From positions 186,001 to 250,000 of the forward strand of contig MU008149.1 in NCBI GenBank assembly GCA_010909165.1: a DNA stretch of 64,000 bases, read 5' to 3'. The notes below the pieces were generated by a model that was not told the DNA's origin, ran no database searches, and was given only the letters and a program-made list of their open reading frames with translations. This DNA comes from Anthoceros angustus. Taxonomy: Eukaryota > Plantae > Anthocerotophyta. Made by a program: the position numbers and the translations under genes. Positions 24,210-37,779 of the stretch are shown piece after piece. Position 1 is the first letter of the stretch; each line of letters starts with the position of its first letter.

Positions 24210-24960
24210 TAACGGAGCCGGGTACTTCCCGTCGCTCAGAACCTCTGTCAGCTCTCCTACATCGACGATGAGCGCGTTCCGGACGATGGGAATGGTGACT
24301 CACTGCCGGTCCACCCAGAACTGCACTCCCGGCTGGGTGTCCTGCTGCAGGAGAGTGAAGAGGTTGTAGTCGGTGTGCGGGAGCAGGTCGGGCACTGGGG
24401 CCCGGGACTCGTCTCGATCCTGCTTCGGGTAGTTGCACGGCACGCCCAGCATGTGGAGCTCTCCCACGCTCTCCTCCATGAAGGAGGATGGCAGGCCCAG
24501 GCCCTCGGAGAGCAGGTCCATGAAAAAGTGCACGAACGTCTTCACTCCCGCCATGTACGCCGGCATCACATCCCTGGAACCGGATCGGTGGCCGGGAGTG
24601 TGAGAGGGGGAGACTCTATCATCTATCACGCACATAATATTGTCATGCAAGACAGCATGCCATGCTGGCGGTGTGGCGCTTTAGACCTCGCACAAGGCAA
24701 GGCAAGGCAAGGGAGTGTACATGTACACGGCCAGCAACCAGGTGGTAGTGCTAGAGTACCCCATCTCGGCGTCGGGCCAGACCTCGTCGGGAGTTTTGTG
24801 CGAGGCGGGGAAGACCTGGATGCGGAACACCTCTCGGTACGACTTGAGGACCTCGTCGCTGTCGGGGTCGCTGATCTTGTGGATGTAGCCTTCCACGGCG
24901 CCGATTTCGTGGCCCGGGACGCTGTGCAGCCTGTGCTCCAGAGGCTGGGAGACCATTGAA
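24210..24960 (-). pseudogene. 2-oxoglutarate/Fe(II) dioxygenase (DOXC-type) fragment
   Basis: LLSEGLGLP...NYP...LLPHTDYNLFTLLQQD..PGVQFWVDRQ*VTIP...NALIVDVGE..EVLSDGKY; TGA at the conserved Trp; truncated before the distal His/RxS. Confidence 0.85.
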
Positions 24961-25633
24961 GTGTTTTCTGCTAATTCATTTGGTAATGAAGTGCATAGTT
25001 TCATTAACCTGCCAAAACGAGTGCGAAATGGCGAAGGAAATTGCAAAGGGTGCACACCAGCACAAGAGCATACTCAGCCTATAATGATTCTATTTCTTCC
25101 AGCGTAATACGATTACCATCTTGTACCTCAAGATTTTCCCCAGGAAGTTACACGTTTCAGCACCACGGCTTATCAGGAAGGATCTGTCAGTCGTGAAAGA
25201 TAAACGACATGTAGCTGAGGCGGTACAAACAAACTGGCAGATTTGGCAGATTTATCAGAGTCTGATGCCAACGATCTGTGACAACACTTTCTCTGCTTAG
25301 CAGCATAACTTTATAGATAATATCATCAAGCAGCACATGGCTGCTGCTACTTGACAACAACAGCTGATTTGCACTGCAGGACAAGGTTTTCACACGTACA
25401 TGGGATAAAACTATCTGTCCACATAACTTACAAAAGTATTTTTAGTTACCCTATTTCCCATACCTCGCCATGAGAAATCTACGAGATTATATCTCAATAC
25501 CCAATCATGGACCACAATTGCAGTAGGCGCACAAAAATTACTGATTTATGGGCGGGCATAATTAGTATTCCACAAAAATAAATACCAGTACTTAGCATGT
25601 GTTGAGGTAGAGAACCATCTCGCGGACCTGCTT

Positions 25634-28600
25634 TCAGCCAGTGTTGCGCATACCAGCAGCAATACCGTTGATGGTGATGAGTAACGCATCTCTCAACTTC
25701 GGATTGGTCTCATCCTGCCTCAGACGGCGCAAAACCTCCACCTGGAGCATGTTGATGGGATTGAGATAAGGCAGCCTGCTTTCAATCAGGCGACGCAAAG
25801 TCTTGTTATTCTCCGATAGCTTGTGGTGGCCAGTGATATCCCGCACATGCTTCTCCGTGACATGGAACTCATCACGCAACTCTTTCCCAAGCTCTCGCAC
25901 ATTTTGCGAGACAAGCACATCCTCATAATGCTTCGTTATAGGCATATCTGCTTTAGCGAGAACCATCTCAATCAGGTCCACTGTTGACTGGAAGAATGGC
26001 CACTCCTTGTACATGGCCCTTAGCTCGTCCCTGTGCCCCTTCTCCATAGCTGCCTGCAAGCCCTTACCCACACCTAGCCAAGCCGGGAGCACAGACCTAG
26101 TCTGCGTCCAGGCGAAAATCCACGGGATAGCTCGGAGCTGTGTGATGCCTCCACTGCTCTTCCTCCGGGTAGGCCGACTTCCTATGTTCAGGTTCCCCAG
26201 CTCAGCTTCAGGTGTAGCTTCGTGGAAATACTGCAAAAACTCCTTCGTTTCGAACACAACATGGCGGTAGTACTTCCGCCCTGCATCCGAAATTTCGTCC
26301 ATCACAGTTCTCCATGCAGCAGAGCGTGGTGGCACCGGGGGGTGCACAGTTGCCAGAAGAACTGCCGTTGTATATATCTCAAGCTGTCGGATAGCTGTCT
26401 GGTTCAATCCAAATTTAGCTTGGATCATCTCTCCCTGCTCCGTGACTCGCAACGTTCCCTGCATGTTGCAATTTCAACAGTTAAACTCCCACCATTCCCA
26501 TCACACAACTGTTCCAGAGTCGAACGAACAAGAACCAGCTAGACCGCGTACCATGACGGAGCCCGGTGGCTGAGACTGAATAGCAAGGTACATAGGCCCT
26601 CCACCTCGTCCTACACTTCCCCCACGCCCATGGAAGAGGGTGATCTTGATGTTATACTCCTTACAGACAGCCACGACATCTTCTTGCGCTTTGTACAGTT
26701 CCCAGGCAGCCGTGAATCGTCCAGCATCTTTGCCTGAGTCGGAGTATCCGAGCATGACCTGGAGGATTTCACAACTGTCAGCATTATGGCAGAAAGGAAA
26801 CGAGAGTTAGGAAAAGGAAGTCTCTCGAAAAAACGGCATGGTTTGGCACCTCCTGATGGGATTGATGATTGGCAATGAGATGCTCTCTATACCAATCAAG
26901 GGACAGGAGCTTGCGGATAACATTTCCTGCATCTCTCAAGTCGTCCACCGTCTCGAAGAGCGGGACCACACGCAAGCTGTCACAGCACAAAAGGGCTGTG
27001 ATCTTAAGCCACACGATCTTGAACTTCCGCGTACACATCATTGGCACACAATGGGACACAAAACCGAGGTCCAGAAAAGACTTACGTAGTGCCGGGCAAA
27101 CTTTTGCCCAGATCTCCCGAGACTGATAGCCGTGCCTCCTTTTGTAGGAGCTCCACAGCTAGTACGTCACTTGCCTGCAGACGTGAGTTAACATCAACAG
27201 TTAAAATGGGAACTCCTCCAACCATTAACCCAACCTGTCCCAGTTAGTGTACGGAAGGTATCCCACCTCATGCGCCATGGAAATAACGTATGCCCCGAGA
27301 GAGCTGGAACCGAGTTCTGCTGCGACGCGGAAGGTTGCCAAGACTTCTCTGACTTCCGGTGAGACCTGAAAAATCCCAGGCAGCGGCCATCATGGTGGTG
27401 GTTAATGCCAAAAGTATGCGGAGGCGCATGTCAATCAAGAGCATGGTGCGGGTCAGGAAATGTCAAGCAAGATCAAAGACATGTACCTCGATAGTCGGGG
27501 GGATAAGGGGCCTTTTGCCTTTAAGCTCCGTTGTAAGGAAATCAAGCTTCTTGTCCTCATCCCAATCACTGTACTTGCCAATGTCTAAGAATGCTGTGAT
27601 AGCATCCAATGCTTCCGCATGCTTGTCAGACTCCTGGAAAATGGAATCGCCCAAGTTTAACCATCAACACGGGCTCTGGCAAATAACCAGCAGGGCCTAG
27701 TAGGTTACTTAAAGCTTCAATTTTATACCTGTCGTAAATCAAGTTTCATCAAGGTCATGCCGAATGTAGTCACATTCCTGATGAGATCAGCGAGATGCCC
27801 ATCAGCTAACACCTGTGATCCACGTGATTCCTGCAGAATCACAGTAATCCTGTGTAAGAGGATGCTTGTCATCTAGCAAACATACAGAGAGGAGTGATTG
27901 CTGCAGCACATACCAGAGACTTGTGGCACAGAAGTAAAACATCCAAGAGTTTCTCTTCATTTTCGTAGTACTCGTCCGCCTCGAAGTCAGATGGGAGACC
28001 CTCCAGAAGATTCTCTGCTCTGCGTCTTGTATTCACAAGCTGCAAGCCAAATGTACGTGTCAACTACTTTCCTCCAAAGCCAACAGTTGCAATAAAGTCA
28101 CTCACGCAGCTTGCACATACCTTTGACCTTATGTGCCCTAAGACGACCCTGTAGGGAGCAATGTCTGGCCTTCCCCCTGCACTTGGATTTAGGAGCTTGT
28201 CTACACTTGATGGCAGGTTCGCTTCGGAGGCGTTCCTCTTCTTGAACACTGAAGTAGAGAAGGATGTTCCAGATGGGTGTCTGGGTGAAGGTGCCGCTTC
28301 ATTTGATGAATCAGCATTCCCGTTTGCACCGTTCACATGCACTGCACCATTTCCATTAAGCTTCGGAGACAACGATGGGGAATTGACCTCTGGGGTAGGC
28401 GTGCCGTCTGTGTCATTCTGGCCAGACAAAGGGCAGAGATCCATGCAATCATAAGTCGACAAGCTCCCGTAGTGACAAGAAGAATCCACTAAAACTTCCA
28501 CGAGCACAAGACCATTCATGTTTAGAGGATCTACCAAATGCAAGGCTGCAAGGTTCGGTATCGCTATGATAGGAGGAACTGATACACCATCCGATGGACC

Positions 28601-30900
28601 TGGCATTCCACAAGATGAAACAACATGAGGCTCATTGAGCGCACAGTCGCAGTCGGAAAATATTCAGAACTTCCAAACAATTTACCTGAGCATGGAGGCA
28701 TGTCCGCACCGGTGGGAAGGTGGGGTGGGACAGTCTCGTAACCTGACAATTTCCCTTGGTCCCTAAGGGTTCGTTCCTGAAACCAGTTAACATGATGATG
28801 GTCCTCATGGTGCTCATGATCTGAAAAAGTCCAGTCGTTACTCGTAAGGACAAGCAGTGGGATCAGATTAATTTGCAACCAGTGAAGCACGCACACTCAA
28901 CCTGCACTTTCCCTGAGTCAGAAAGCATTTGAAACAAAATATCCAGCAATGAGGTACCAGACTTCCGAACCACGCATCGCATTCACATTATCAGACCAGC
29001 ATATCATTGACAACAAGTTCCTCTCACTAACCGGAGTTAGAGCCAAGGCACTAACCTTTTTTAAGAATGTCATATGCAAATTGCGCTAGTTCGTCACTGC
29101 AGTTTGTGACAGACAACTCAAAACGAAGGCTATCAACCTCCCGTAAGAACAGATCAGCTGCAATCCACCTCGCCAGGTTTGAGACTTCTCTTGTCACCTG
29201 CAAAATGGCAAGACGATAACACAAAAGATTGAATCTAATGGATAGAGCAGAACAAACTCAAGAAACCTCATGTTTCCCACTAGCTAGGGACAAAAGTCCG
29301 AAGAAGAAAACGCTGCAGTCAGACGGTAACGTACCTTTGCAGTGACATTTGGATTTCCATCTCTGTCTCCACCAATCCATGAACCGAATTTTATAGGAGT
29401 ACAAGTTAATGGAAGTGACCTGCCGGTGTGCTGAAAGACACAGCCACAAAGGTAAGTGGACTTTACAACAACTGGAGTATCTGCATTCTTGTAAAATCAA
29501 CACTTTGACCTGACCAGCAACAGATTTCGAGGGCATTCAGGTACGTACTCTCTTGAGCGCACCGCTGACACGTCGCAAGTATTGAGGCACAGCTCTCCAG
29601 AGTGTTTGCTCAACGATATGCAGGCCTGATCAGTCGATATGTTAGGGCAAACTCGAACCCATGAGGCTATGCTAGATAATGGTTAAAGCTGATGGTAGAA
29701 GCTGACCTCCGCGGGCTTCGTCCAGAGGTGTGGGCTTCCTGCGCCTCAATTCATCAGTCTGCCACAAGGAGGTTATTTCCCTGACCTGCAAGAACAGTAC
29801 TCACCAAGATTAGAAGGGTAGACTCAGCGGTAAGAGTTTGCACTAGGAGCGGAAGGTCGAAAAGGTAAAATGCCCAGACTTTACCAAGTCCTCAATCAGC
29901 AATTCCTTCTCCTCCTGAGTCAGATCCGTCCGGTCGTTTCTCTCAAGAAGATGCTGCGCAGCACGCAATAAGAACCGAGGGAAATTGAGACTCCATTCCT
30001 ACCAACAGACAGAAAGCGGCAGCGAAGGGCAAGAGGGGGAGATGTAATTACCGCGACGCGCAGATGCTTGTACTGCAAGGTTCGGCGATTGATCTGAGTT
30101 GGGTGCGCAGTAAGCACAATTTCCACTTCCTGCGGCAAGACGGAGCGAACGCCGTGAGCAAACGGACAGCTAACCAACAAGGTGAACGAAAACATTGAAA
30201 GGCGGAGTTGGGTTACCTGCTTCGCGACAGCGTTGTACAGCTGGTCAGGGGACATCCCCTGCTGTATGAGGTTCTTGAAGACATCGTCACAGGACTTGGA
30301 GACATGACCAGGCATACGCGTACGACGCACCCTGCACGCACATATTCGCGCACGAGAGTGAAACCAACCCCGAATATCCGCACAAACTCCAAGATAGCAA
30401 ACCTACGGCGCAACCCGGCCCTCCGCAATCGGCCAGCCAGAAGCCACGCACCTGTGATGAGTCTCGGCAATTCCCATGAGGTTGAGGTAGTGACTGAAGG
30501 CCCGGGCAAGGGGAACTGCTTCCTCGGTATCGATACTGGACAGTTCCTTCTCAAGCTGGCTCGAAAGCCACTCCGCAGCGTCAGACACTCCCGCCGTGCG
30601 CATATTGACGGCACTCTGCTCACAAACAAAGCGGACTTCAGAAACCCCTCACAACGGGAAGCTCCGGAGCAGCAAAGGTGCGCCATTCCCGCACGAATTC
30701 CACGCCTCATTGCCCCCACAGCCGCACCAAGCCCGAATTCTCACCTGCGCCAGAAGCCGGATTCGATCCACCTTGTCCGTGAACTCCTGCCCGACCTCAT
30801 GAAGCAGCGTGTCGTTGAGCAGGTTCCCGAGCAGATGACAGTCGTCATCGAAGGCCTGGAACGAGATCTCCTCCGCAATGTCATCCACGGTGTCCGTCAT
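25634..30900 (-). CDS. PPC4: Bacterial-type phosphoenolpyruvate carboxylase (BTPC, PPC4-like), many exons
   Basis: N-terminus [21 protein letters not shown] (no plant-type SIDAQ site); VLTAHPTQ; VVPLFET; [13 protein letters not shown]; [15 protein letters not shown]; [14 protein letters not shown]; C-terminus RNTG. Confidence 0.97.
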
Positions 30901-32260
30901 GTTGCCGGCCCCTCACACCTCCAACCAGGCTGAGCTCGCAGACGCCTCCCGACCCAGCGCAGGCAGCGCCAATTCCCCGCGGCCGCAACCGGGAACAACG
31001 ACAACAAATCTCTCCTCTGCTTCGCGCCAAGAAGCAGCCGACGCCACCAGCCTCACCCGCGCGGGTAGGCAAAGCCTCTCCTTTTCCACCTAATCCAAGC
31101 ACTGACTTCCACCTGATTCATGCGCGCTCACAGATCAACAGCGGCCGGCATCGGCTCCGCAGCGGGCATCTCCACACACACGCACGCACAAACACAAGAG
31201 GCTGCGGCCGACTGGGACGCGAGCCGCGTCTCAAACTCGTCTCGCGTCTCAAGACTCGCGTCTCAAAACTCAGGGCTCCTCTCACTCACTCGGCTCCGAG
31301 GTGCACTGCGAGCGTCTGGGGCCAAGGCGGAGGACGGGGAGGCTTTGAAGCCCCCGGCGGCTCGGTGCTCGGTTCTGGTGGCGGGCCCGGGCGGATTGGG
31401 AACCACAGAAAGAGAGTGGACAAGTTCCGGTGCCTTGGTTGGCACAGGAGCGGGGGAAGAAGGTGCGAGGCATATTCGCCTCACATGTCTGAAAGCGTCG
31501 CGAAGCAGGTCGTCTGACGGGCTGCCCATGTGCCTACAGTCACAGCTTGACCATATACGGCGGGCCCGCCGCGTGATCATCACGTACCATGACAGGATAT
31601 TATACCGTGCCGGGATTGGCGACCGCTTGACAGTGGGTGACAGTGGGTGACAGGCAGTCAGAGCGACAGGCCCAACACGAAAGAGCCTCCACCGCTACTT
31701 CACTCTGACGGGCTCATCCAGAACCGCGACCGGAAACCAGAAACAGGAAACAGGAAAAGGGGAAAAAGGAAAAAGGAAAAAGGAATCACGCATTCTGCAA
31801 ATTTCAACCAATTGCCCAATAATTTCAAAGTACGTAGCTACCTACCCTGACAGCCGTGATACCGTATCACGGATTCCGGCCACCAAAATAACGGAAGCTC
31901 TCGCCGCCTGCCGCCTCCGGAAACCAGCACAACCCTCCTGGACCTGGAGTCCTGTACCCTGTACTCCTTCGCTGCGAGTGTACGTAGGGATGGGGACAAG
32001 CGTTACAACAAAACCAAGTCTTGTACAAATGATCTACCACAAGTTAAAATAGCAACTATTAAAGCTTGTTATATTTTGCTGAATACTTCTAAGCATATAT
32101 AGTAGATTTACTTTTAATAAAACATACCGAGTACTGCTTCTAAATAATGAATTGGATATAATATATTCATATATATAGGTACAACTCACCTAAGTTAGAT
32201 AAGAGTATCCAATGATACGTCTCATGAGACCAGAATTATGTGAAAATCTATCTTAATACA

Positions 32261-32600
32261 GATTTAGATATTTGACTCAAAAACTGTCCCCGTATACAAT
32301 GATTTAGATGCTTGACTCATAACGGTCATTGTCCATCATCTTCTTTAAAAATCTATGAAGACGACGAAGAAGAAGGTGTCCCAAAATTTCTTCTTTTTTC
32401 CTATGTCCCAACATGCCATGATTTAGATGCTCGACTCACATATTATTCCTTGGGGATGACAATGTCTAGAAGTTTCACAAAATATCCTTACAACAATGGC
32501 ATAGATGCTTGACCCAATCATCGTCGTGCACGTAAGGATTTAGATGCTCTACTCACATATTGCTCCTCAAGGACAATGATTTAGATGCTCAACTCATATT
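32261..32600 (+). repeat. Degenerate ~40 bp-periodic array with core GATTTAGATGCTYRACTCA
   Basis: Cores at 32261, 32301, 32420, 32499, 32537, 32578. Confidence 0.75.
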
Positions 32601-35600
32601 TTACTCCATGACGTGGAGACAAGAGGGTGAAAGTGCCACACACACATATATATAGGGTATAACATAAACTCTTTGCAGGTAGCACAAATTATGGTGTGCA
32701 CACAACCTAAGTGAACATTAATATATTCCTACTAAGCACATTTAGAAATTCCATAGCTTAGCAACGTGTCACTAGGATTCGATTCACAATATGGTAACTT
32801 ACAATTGTAAAACATTATTGGAAACTTAGTGATCACTCGAGATAGCTACCTCAACTTCAAGTTTCTTATGCTACCATTTTCTACCAGTTGTGGTCGACAC
32901 ATGGGTTGCCTGTGCTCACCAACCCCACTATTTTTGAATCCCATCAGAAAAGTAGGTTGTTCAAGGGCTATTGACCCTGTCTGGGACTTTCTTTATTAAG
33001 GAGCAAACAAGGGGGATCCCGATCTAGTATTGATTTACTCAAATTGATTGGATGAGGGGACCGTATCATGGTGATATGTTTCTAAACTTATCTCTAAGAA
33101 GAGTGTGGAGTTCTTATCTTCCCATGTTGGGTGTGTTGTCCACTCCTTCCAAGAAGTGGTTTTCGAAGGAGTCAGCACTATGCTTTATGGTCATTATGTT
33201 TGTGGTGGTTTATAACTCATTTTGTCTTATGCACTAAAATATCCTTCAACCTCACATGAAAATCCGCACTCTTGAAAATATGTTCTTCTTGTCCAGTCTC
33301 ATGCACTTGCCATGTATGAATTGATATAGTTATAGATTAAATTAGGTACAAAACAGAACCTTTTAGTCTCTTGATTATGGGAATCTATTTATATTATTTA
33401 ATAAATTTTATTTAAAGGATATGCACAAAAGGTTGGTTGAAATTTAGACCGTTGTTATTAATTATATTAAATATAAATAAAAATTATATAAAAACTAGGT
33501 ACTTCTATCTGAATTCTTCTATTTTATGTATCTCACAATAGTATGCACGTGTGATAAGCGAACGAGTTTGTGGAGGACGGTAACATGCTTTCTCAATAGT
33601 TTAGCACACTGTAGCAGCATATGATTGGCGGGTGCAGGGCAAGAAGGAGAAAGTTCCCTTGCGCAGGAAAAAGCAAAGGTGGGCGGCCTCGGCTCACATA
33701 GGACAAGAAGGCAAGAAGGCGAAGTGTCGGGATGACGCTTCAAAGTTGGGCTCTGCACTAGTGGGCCAGTGCGGCCTGCCTCGAGGCCTGTCAAGAGGCG
33801 TCAATCGATGCAGCCCGTCCCCGTGCTGGGAAGCTTCCCGCGTTACGCCGTGACCTAAACTTTAAGACCTAGATAAGCTGTGACCAGCCACCAGCCGGGC
33901 TGCCCTGCCGGAGAAAGTGATATCGTTTTTGTCAAGGATCCTGAGATTCCTCCTCCTTCACCATCGCCTGGGCCATGGACTGGGCCATGCCCAATTGCCC
34001 ATCAACAGTGTGCACACATCTAACCACCGGAACCACCTCATTGCTCATTGCTCCCCGTGAAGCGGACAAGAGGTGGACCCTCGCATTCCACGGTCCACCC
34101 ATAAGGAAGGCAGGTCACCGACGATACAATACCTGGTGGCCGGTGGCAAAGCACCTGGCATGTCCTGGGCTGTGGGCTGCGAGGAGTCCGGCTCTCGCAT
34201 CTGCTGCTCCTAAGCCGTGCCCACTAAGCTGCTTCCAAGTTGCAAACCATTTTGTTTGTGGGGCCTGAGAAAAGAGGTGCACCTGCCCCTCCTACCGCAC
34301 CACCAAGTTGAAGGGATATCCTTCAACCTGGAAGGCCGAACCTGGCCCCTGGGAGTCATCAGCGACCCAGCAAACAGACAGACGGAATCAAGTGTCCCTG
34401 TTCCGGCAGCATCTCGAGAAGAGCGTTTGTTGATAACCCCTGGGCTGCAGGGCTTATCAATCGGCTATTTCCGGCCGAGGTAACCACAAATAGCCCAGTT
34501 AACGCCCCCCGCAGGTGCCTCACTCTCCAAAGGTGTCAGAATCGGAGGTGACTCGCCACAGCGGCACTTTCTGGATTCTATTCAACCTGCGTCCGCATTG
34601 GCCCACCCAAAGGGGGAGGGGCCGCCCGGCAGGGCCTCCACGCTGAATGCGGTTACCACCGCCCTCTTGGTACTGTGCTTGGTGTCACTGTGGTCTCCAG
34701 TTCTGGCTGGACCGGCCGTTGGAATCCGCTACCTTTCTTCAGAATCTTTCCTCTTCAGGGGGCCACAGATGATGTGCTCGAGCTTGGAGTGTTGTGTGAC
34801 ACAACACGGTGCTTACCTGCTTATAGAATGTGGGCAAATCTCACCTTGGAAGCTGCTGCCTGCTACGGACTGTAGCATTATCTTAGTAGACTGTAGAACT
34901 AGTGCGCTGTGATGTCATGCAGCACTTTCGAGATGATCTTCCCTGTGGGTTTCGGACAGGGCCCACGCATCCAGCCCTTATTGACCGCTTTTATAAGCGC
35001 AGAACAAGGGTGAGCTCTCATTTGGTGCATTCCTGTCGTCGTCTGTTGCTTCTTGCCATCGTGCTGTTGACGGTTGTGGAGGGCCGAAGCCTTCATAAAC
35101 ATATCCGTATTCCTGGCGTCACAATTCGTCAAAAATTGTGGCTTATGCACTCCAGCCTCATCCATGTGTCTTGTGACATATCCGTAGCGAGAGCCGGGGC
35201 AGCTTTCCGGTCATCAGTCATGTTGATGAACCGTCAGGACTCTCTCATCATACATATAAAGCTGCCACGAAATGCCACCACCGTACTGCTCGAATTCAAA
35301 AGAAGAGGGCCACTGCATGTATTGGAATTCAGGCCACATTCAGCCGACCATGTGTCCAGAAAGAAAGGATCGGCGAGGGTTGAGGGAAGATATCACCGGG
35401 GATGACGAAACCAGACCCAAAAGTCGTCGAACTGTGTCCATTCCAGCTAGGTAGTTAGGACTTGGAAAATCTTGCAGGAGTTTTGTGTCCACTCTCGGGA
35501 GTTGTGCTGCCCATGACCATGAACCAGGTCCAAAATCTAAAACGGCACATGAAAAGCACAGAAATGACAACGAGTAGGGAACCGTTAGCATGGCGAAGAG

Positions 35601-36279
35601 ACACCATGTGTACCACATGCTCGAGGTGGCACACGACAGTCCTCAGTTTCACGCGCAGTGGCACGTGCTGCAGGTGTGAGAGCAAGACGTCCCTTTGGTT
35701 GGCAGGAGCAGTTTTGTGGGCGTGGCAAGAAGGAAATACAGAAACACCTCCTCTTGGCCAAAGATCACCCTTGTATCCCACTGGATGACATGAAGTCAGC
35801 TAGCTGCTTCAAGCCGACAAATGACAAATGCATTGGGAACAGCATCCTCCTCAGCTGAAAAAGCAGCTTCAGCAGCACATGACCTCAACTCTGCAGGCTT
35901 CCCAAGATTGTGCTCCCATCAGGGAGCATCCCTTTTTACGATAGGGCCATCATCCGAACACACAGGCTAAACTTTTAGGTCTGAGACAACAACGCGAGGG
36001 TCTGCAGTGCGGCCACTAGAATACAACGCTGGAGCCTACAGGCAGATGATCTCACAGATGAGAGGCAACCAAGAACAGTAGCTAGTATGAAACAGTAATG
36101 AATCGACCTAGAGGGAGCAAAACACTTCGAGAACAACTCTTTGGCCATAAGCTGCCATGATCTTACACTGCCTTCTTGAAGGTACTACTTGCAAAACTTT
36201 GATAACTCCTCATACACGGGAAGCCCATCTGGAAACATGTCACAGTCTTCACGACAAGAAACATCCAAGAAGTCTCCGG

Positions 36280-37779
36280 CTACCGGGAAATGTTGGCCAC
36301 GATTTGCAAGATATCGAGAACCGCCTCTGGGTCCTCACCACTGAAGACTAGTCTACGCATTTCATCTGTAAAGGCAACCTCCTTTAAGTTTTTGGCGATA
36401 CACTCGACACAGGCCTTTTTAACCCAGCTTGAATCATACATTCTAGCCTGCTGAAGTGTATCCAGAGCATTGAAGGGTTGAAGCGCGGACGCTACTGCAT
36501 TTTCACAGACCCTTTTCAAACCTGGGATATCATACTTGTGTGCAGCAGCTAGGAGAGCCATTCCGTGCTCTTCCATGATTTGTGGGTCATGTTCACCTGC
36601 AAGCAATAAACAGTGAACTCGAGCATTATCCACCACAACGCTAGAAGCCTTCCAGCTGATTCGCATGAAGAGATTGGGATGATCCAGAAAATACCGGTAT
36701 ATAGGTAAAGGAGGAGAGCACGCATTACAGGTGTGGGAACATCAGCAACCCGAACCACAGCACATGTCTTCTCCTTCAACTCATGCTCAAACATGGCCTT
36801 GAAAACAGGTGACCGGCTCGCCTTTAAGCAACAACACATAGGAAGCTCAGCATCCCAATTAAAACCTAGGAGAGCTCTGGTGGACAGCAAAAAGTTAGCA
36901 TGGATGCATGTGTAACACTCTTAACCTGTTTGCAGATGCATGTCGCCAGCATCATCAGAGCATCCTAAGTCAAGCTCCATAAGCTGAAACAACATGCAAG
37001 TGACGAATGAAATAGTCTCAGACGCTGGCTTGGAATTTTTGGATCTACAACAGGGTCGCTGCAAGATTTTGCTGCCAGCTTATGCACAGGAACACCACAG
37101 GCTCCACTGATTAACTAAGTTTCACCTCGAAGCTGCCAACTCTGACATCCACAAGACGTCACTCCCGGAATGTCGGGTGATCGAGAAGACTGACGTGTTC
37201 CATACTAGAAACAAGCATGTGCAAAGAAAACCTGCCTCGGATTCTAAGCAGCTGGTGATAAGCACCCTGACTGGAACGGGGAGAAAATAAGCAAGACAGA
37301 GACAAGAGCATGAAGCGAGCTGAGCCAGCACGCTGCAAACAATCAGGACACTGGTGCAGTTGAAGAATGACGAACAAACAGTGAAACGCACAAGAACCAT
37401 GCACCATCCCTACCAGCTATAACTACTGCGTCTACCCATTAAAAAAGGGACTTCAGTCTCTCACCAGCACTGCTCGATGAGCAGGGGTTGTTTCCTTCTC
37501 GCCGGTCTCAATGGTGACATCGGCATGGAGTCCTCGCAGCAACATTTCCTTGAAGTCTTGTAACACTTGTTCTAAACGCTGGGTCGTTGACCTCTCCTTC
37601 TGAAGATGGCCTTCCACCAGCTGAAGGTCGCTCTCAGAGTGTCGCCACCGCTGCTCGTTCCGGAAATCGCTCTCCGACCTCAGGTCGAAGCAAGCGTGGC
37701 AGTAGGTGATATTGCCCTCACAAACCTGACCACACTGGTAGCATATGTTAAACTCGTTCAAATCGCTGGAAACCTCCAT
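36280..37779 (-). CDS. BTB/POZ-domain protein with N-terminal CxxC..CxxC segment; exons approx 37779-37466, 36822-36697, 36596-36280
   Basis: HADVTI......PAHRAVL|ASRSPVFKAMF...MRALLLYLYTG|E...LLAAAHKYDIPGLKRVCE; GT-AG boundaries. Confidence 0.92.

Noticed and set aside
29640-29670. GGTTCGAG T-loop-like motif on minus strand (tRNA?)
   Set aside because: Lies in a short PEPC intron; no acceptor, D or anticodon arms visible
25634-30900. Horizontal transfer or contamination suggested by 'bacterial-type' PEPC
   Set aside because: Many spliceosomal introns; BTPC is a standard green-plant paralogue
30208-30933. 241-aa plus-strand ORF
   Set aside because: Antisense shadow of GC-rich PEPC exons
32261-32600. 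CRISPR-like repeat/spacer appearance (also 53514-53668)
   Set aside because: Eukaryotic context, degenerate repeats, irregular or related spacers, no cas genes
34598-35405. ORFs with signal-peptide-like stretches (..VLAG, ..VEGRSL) as peptide-hormone precursors
   Set aside because: No suitable ATG before the hydrophobic segments and no known peptide motif at the C-terminus
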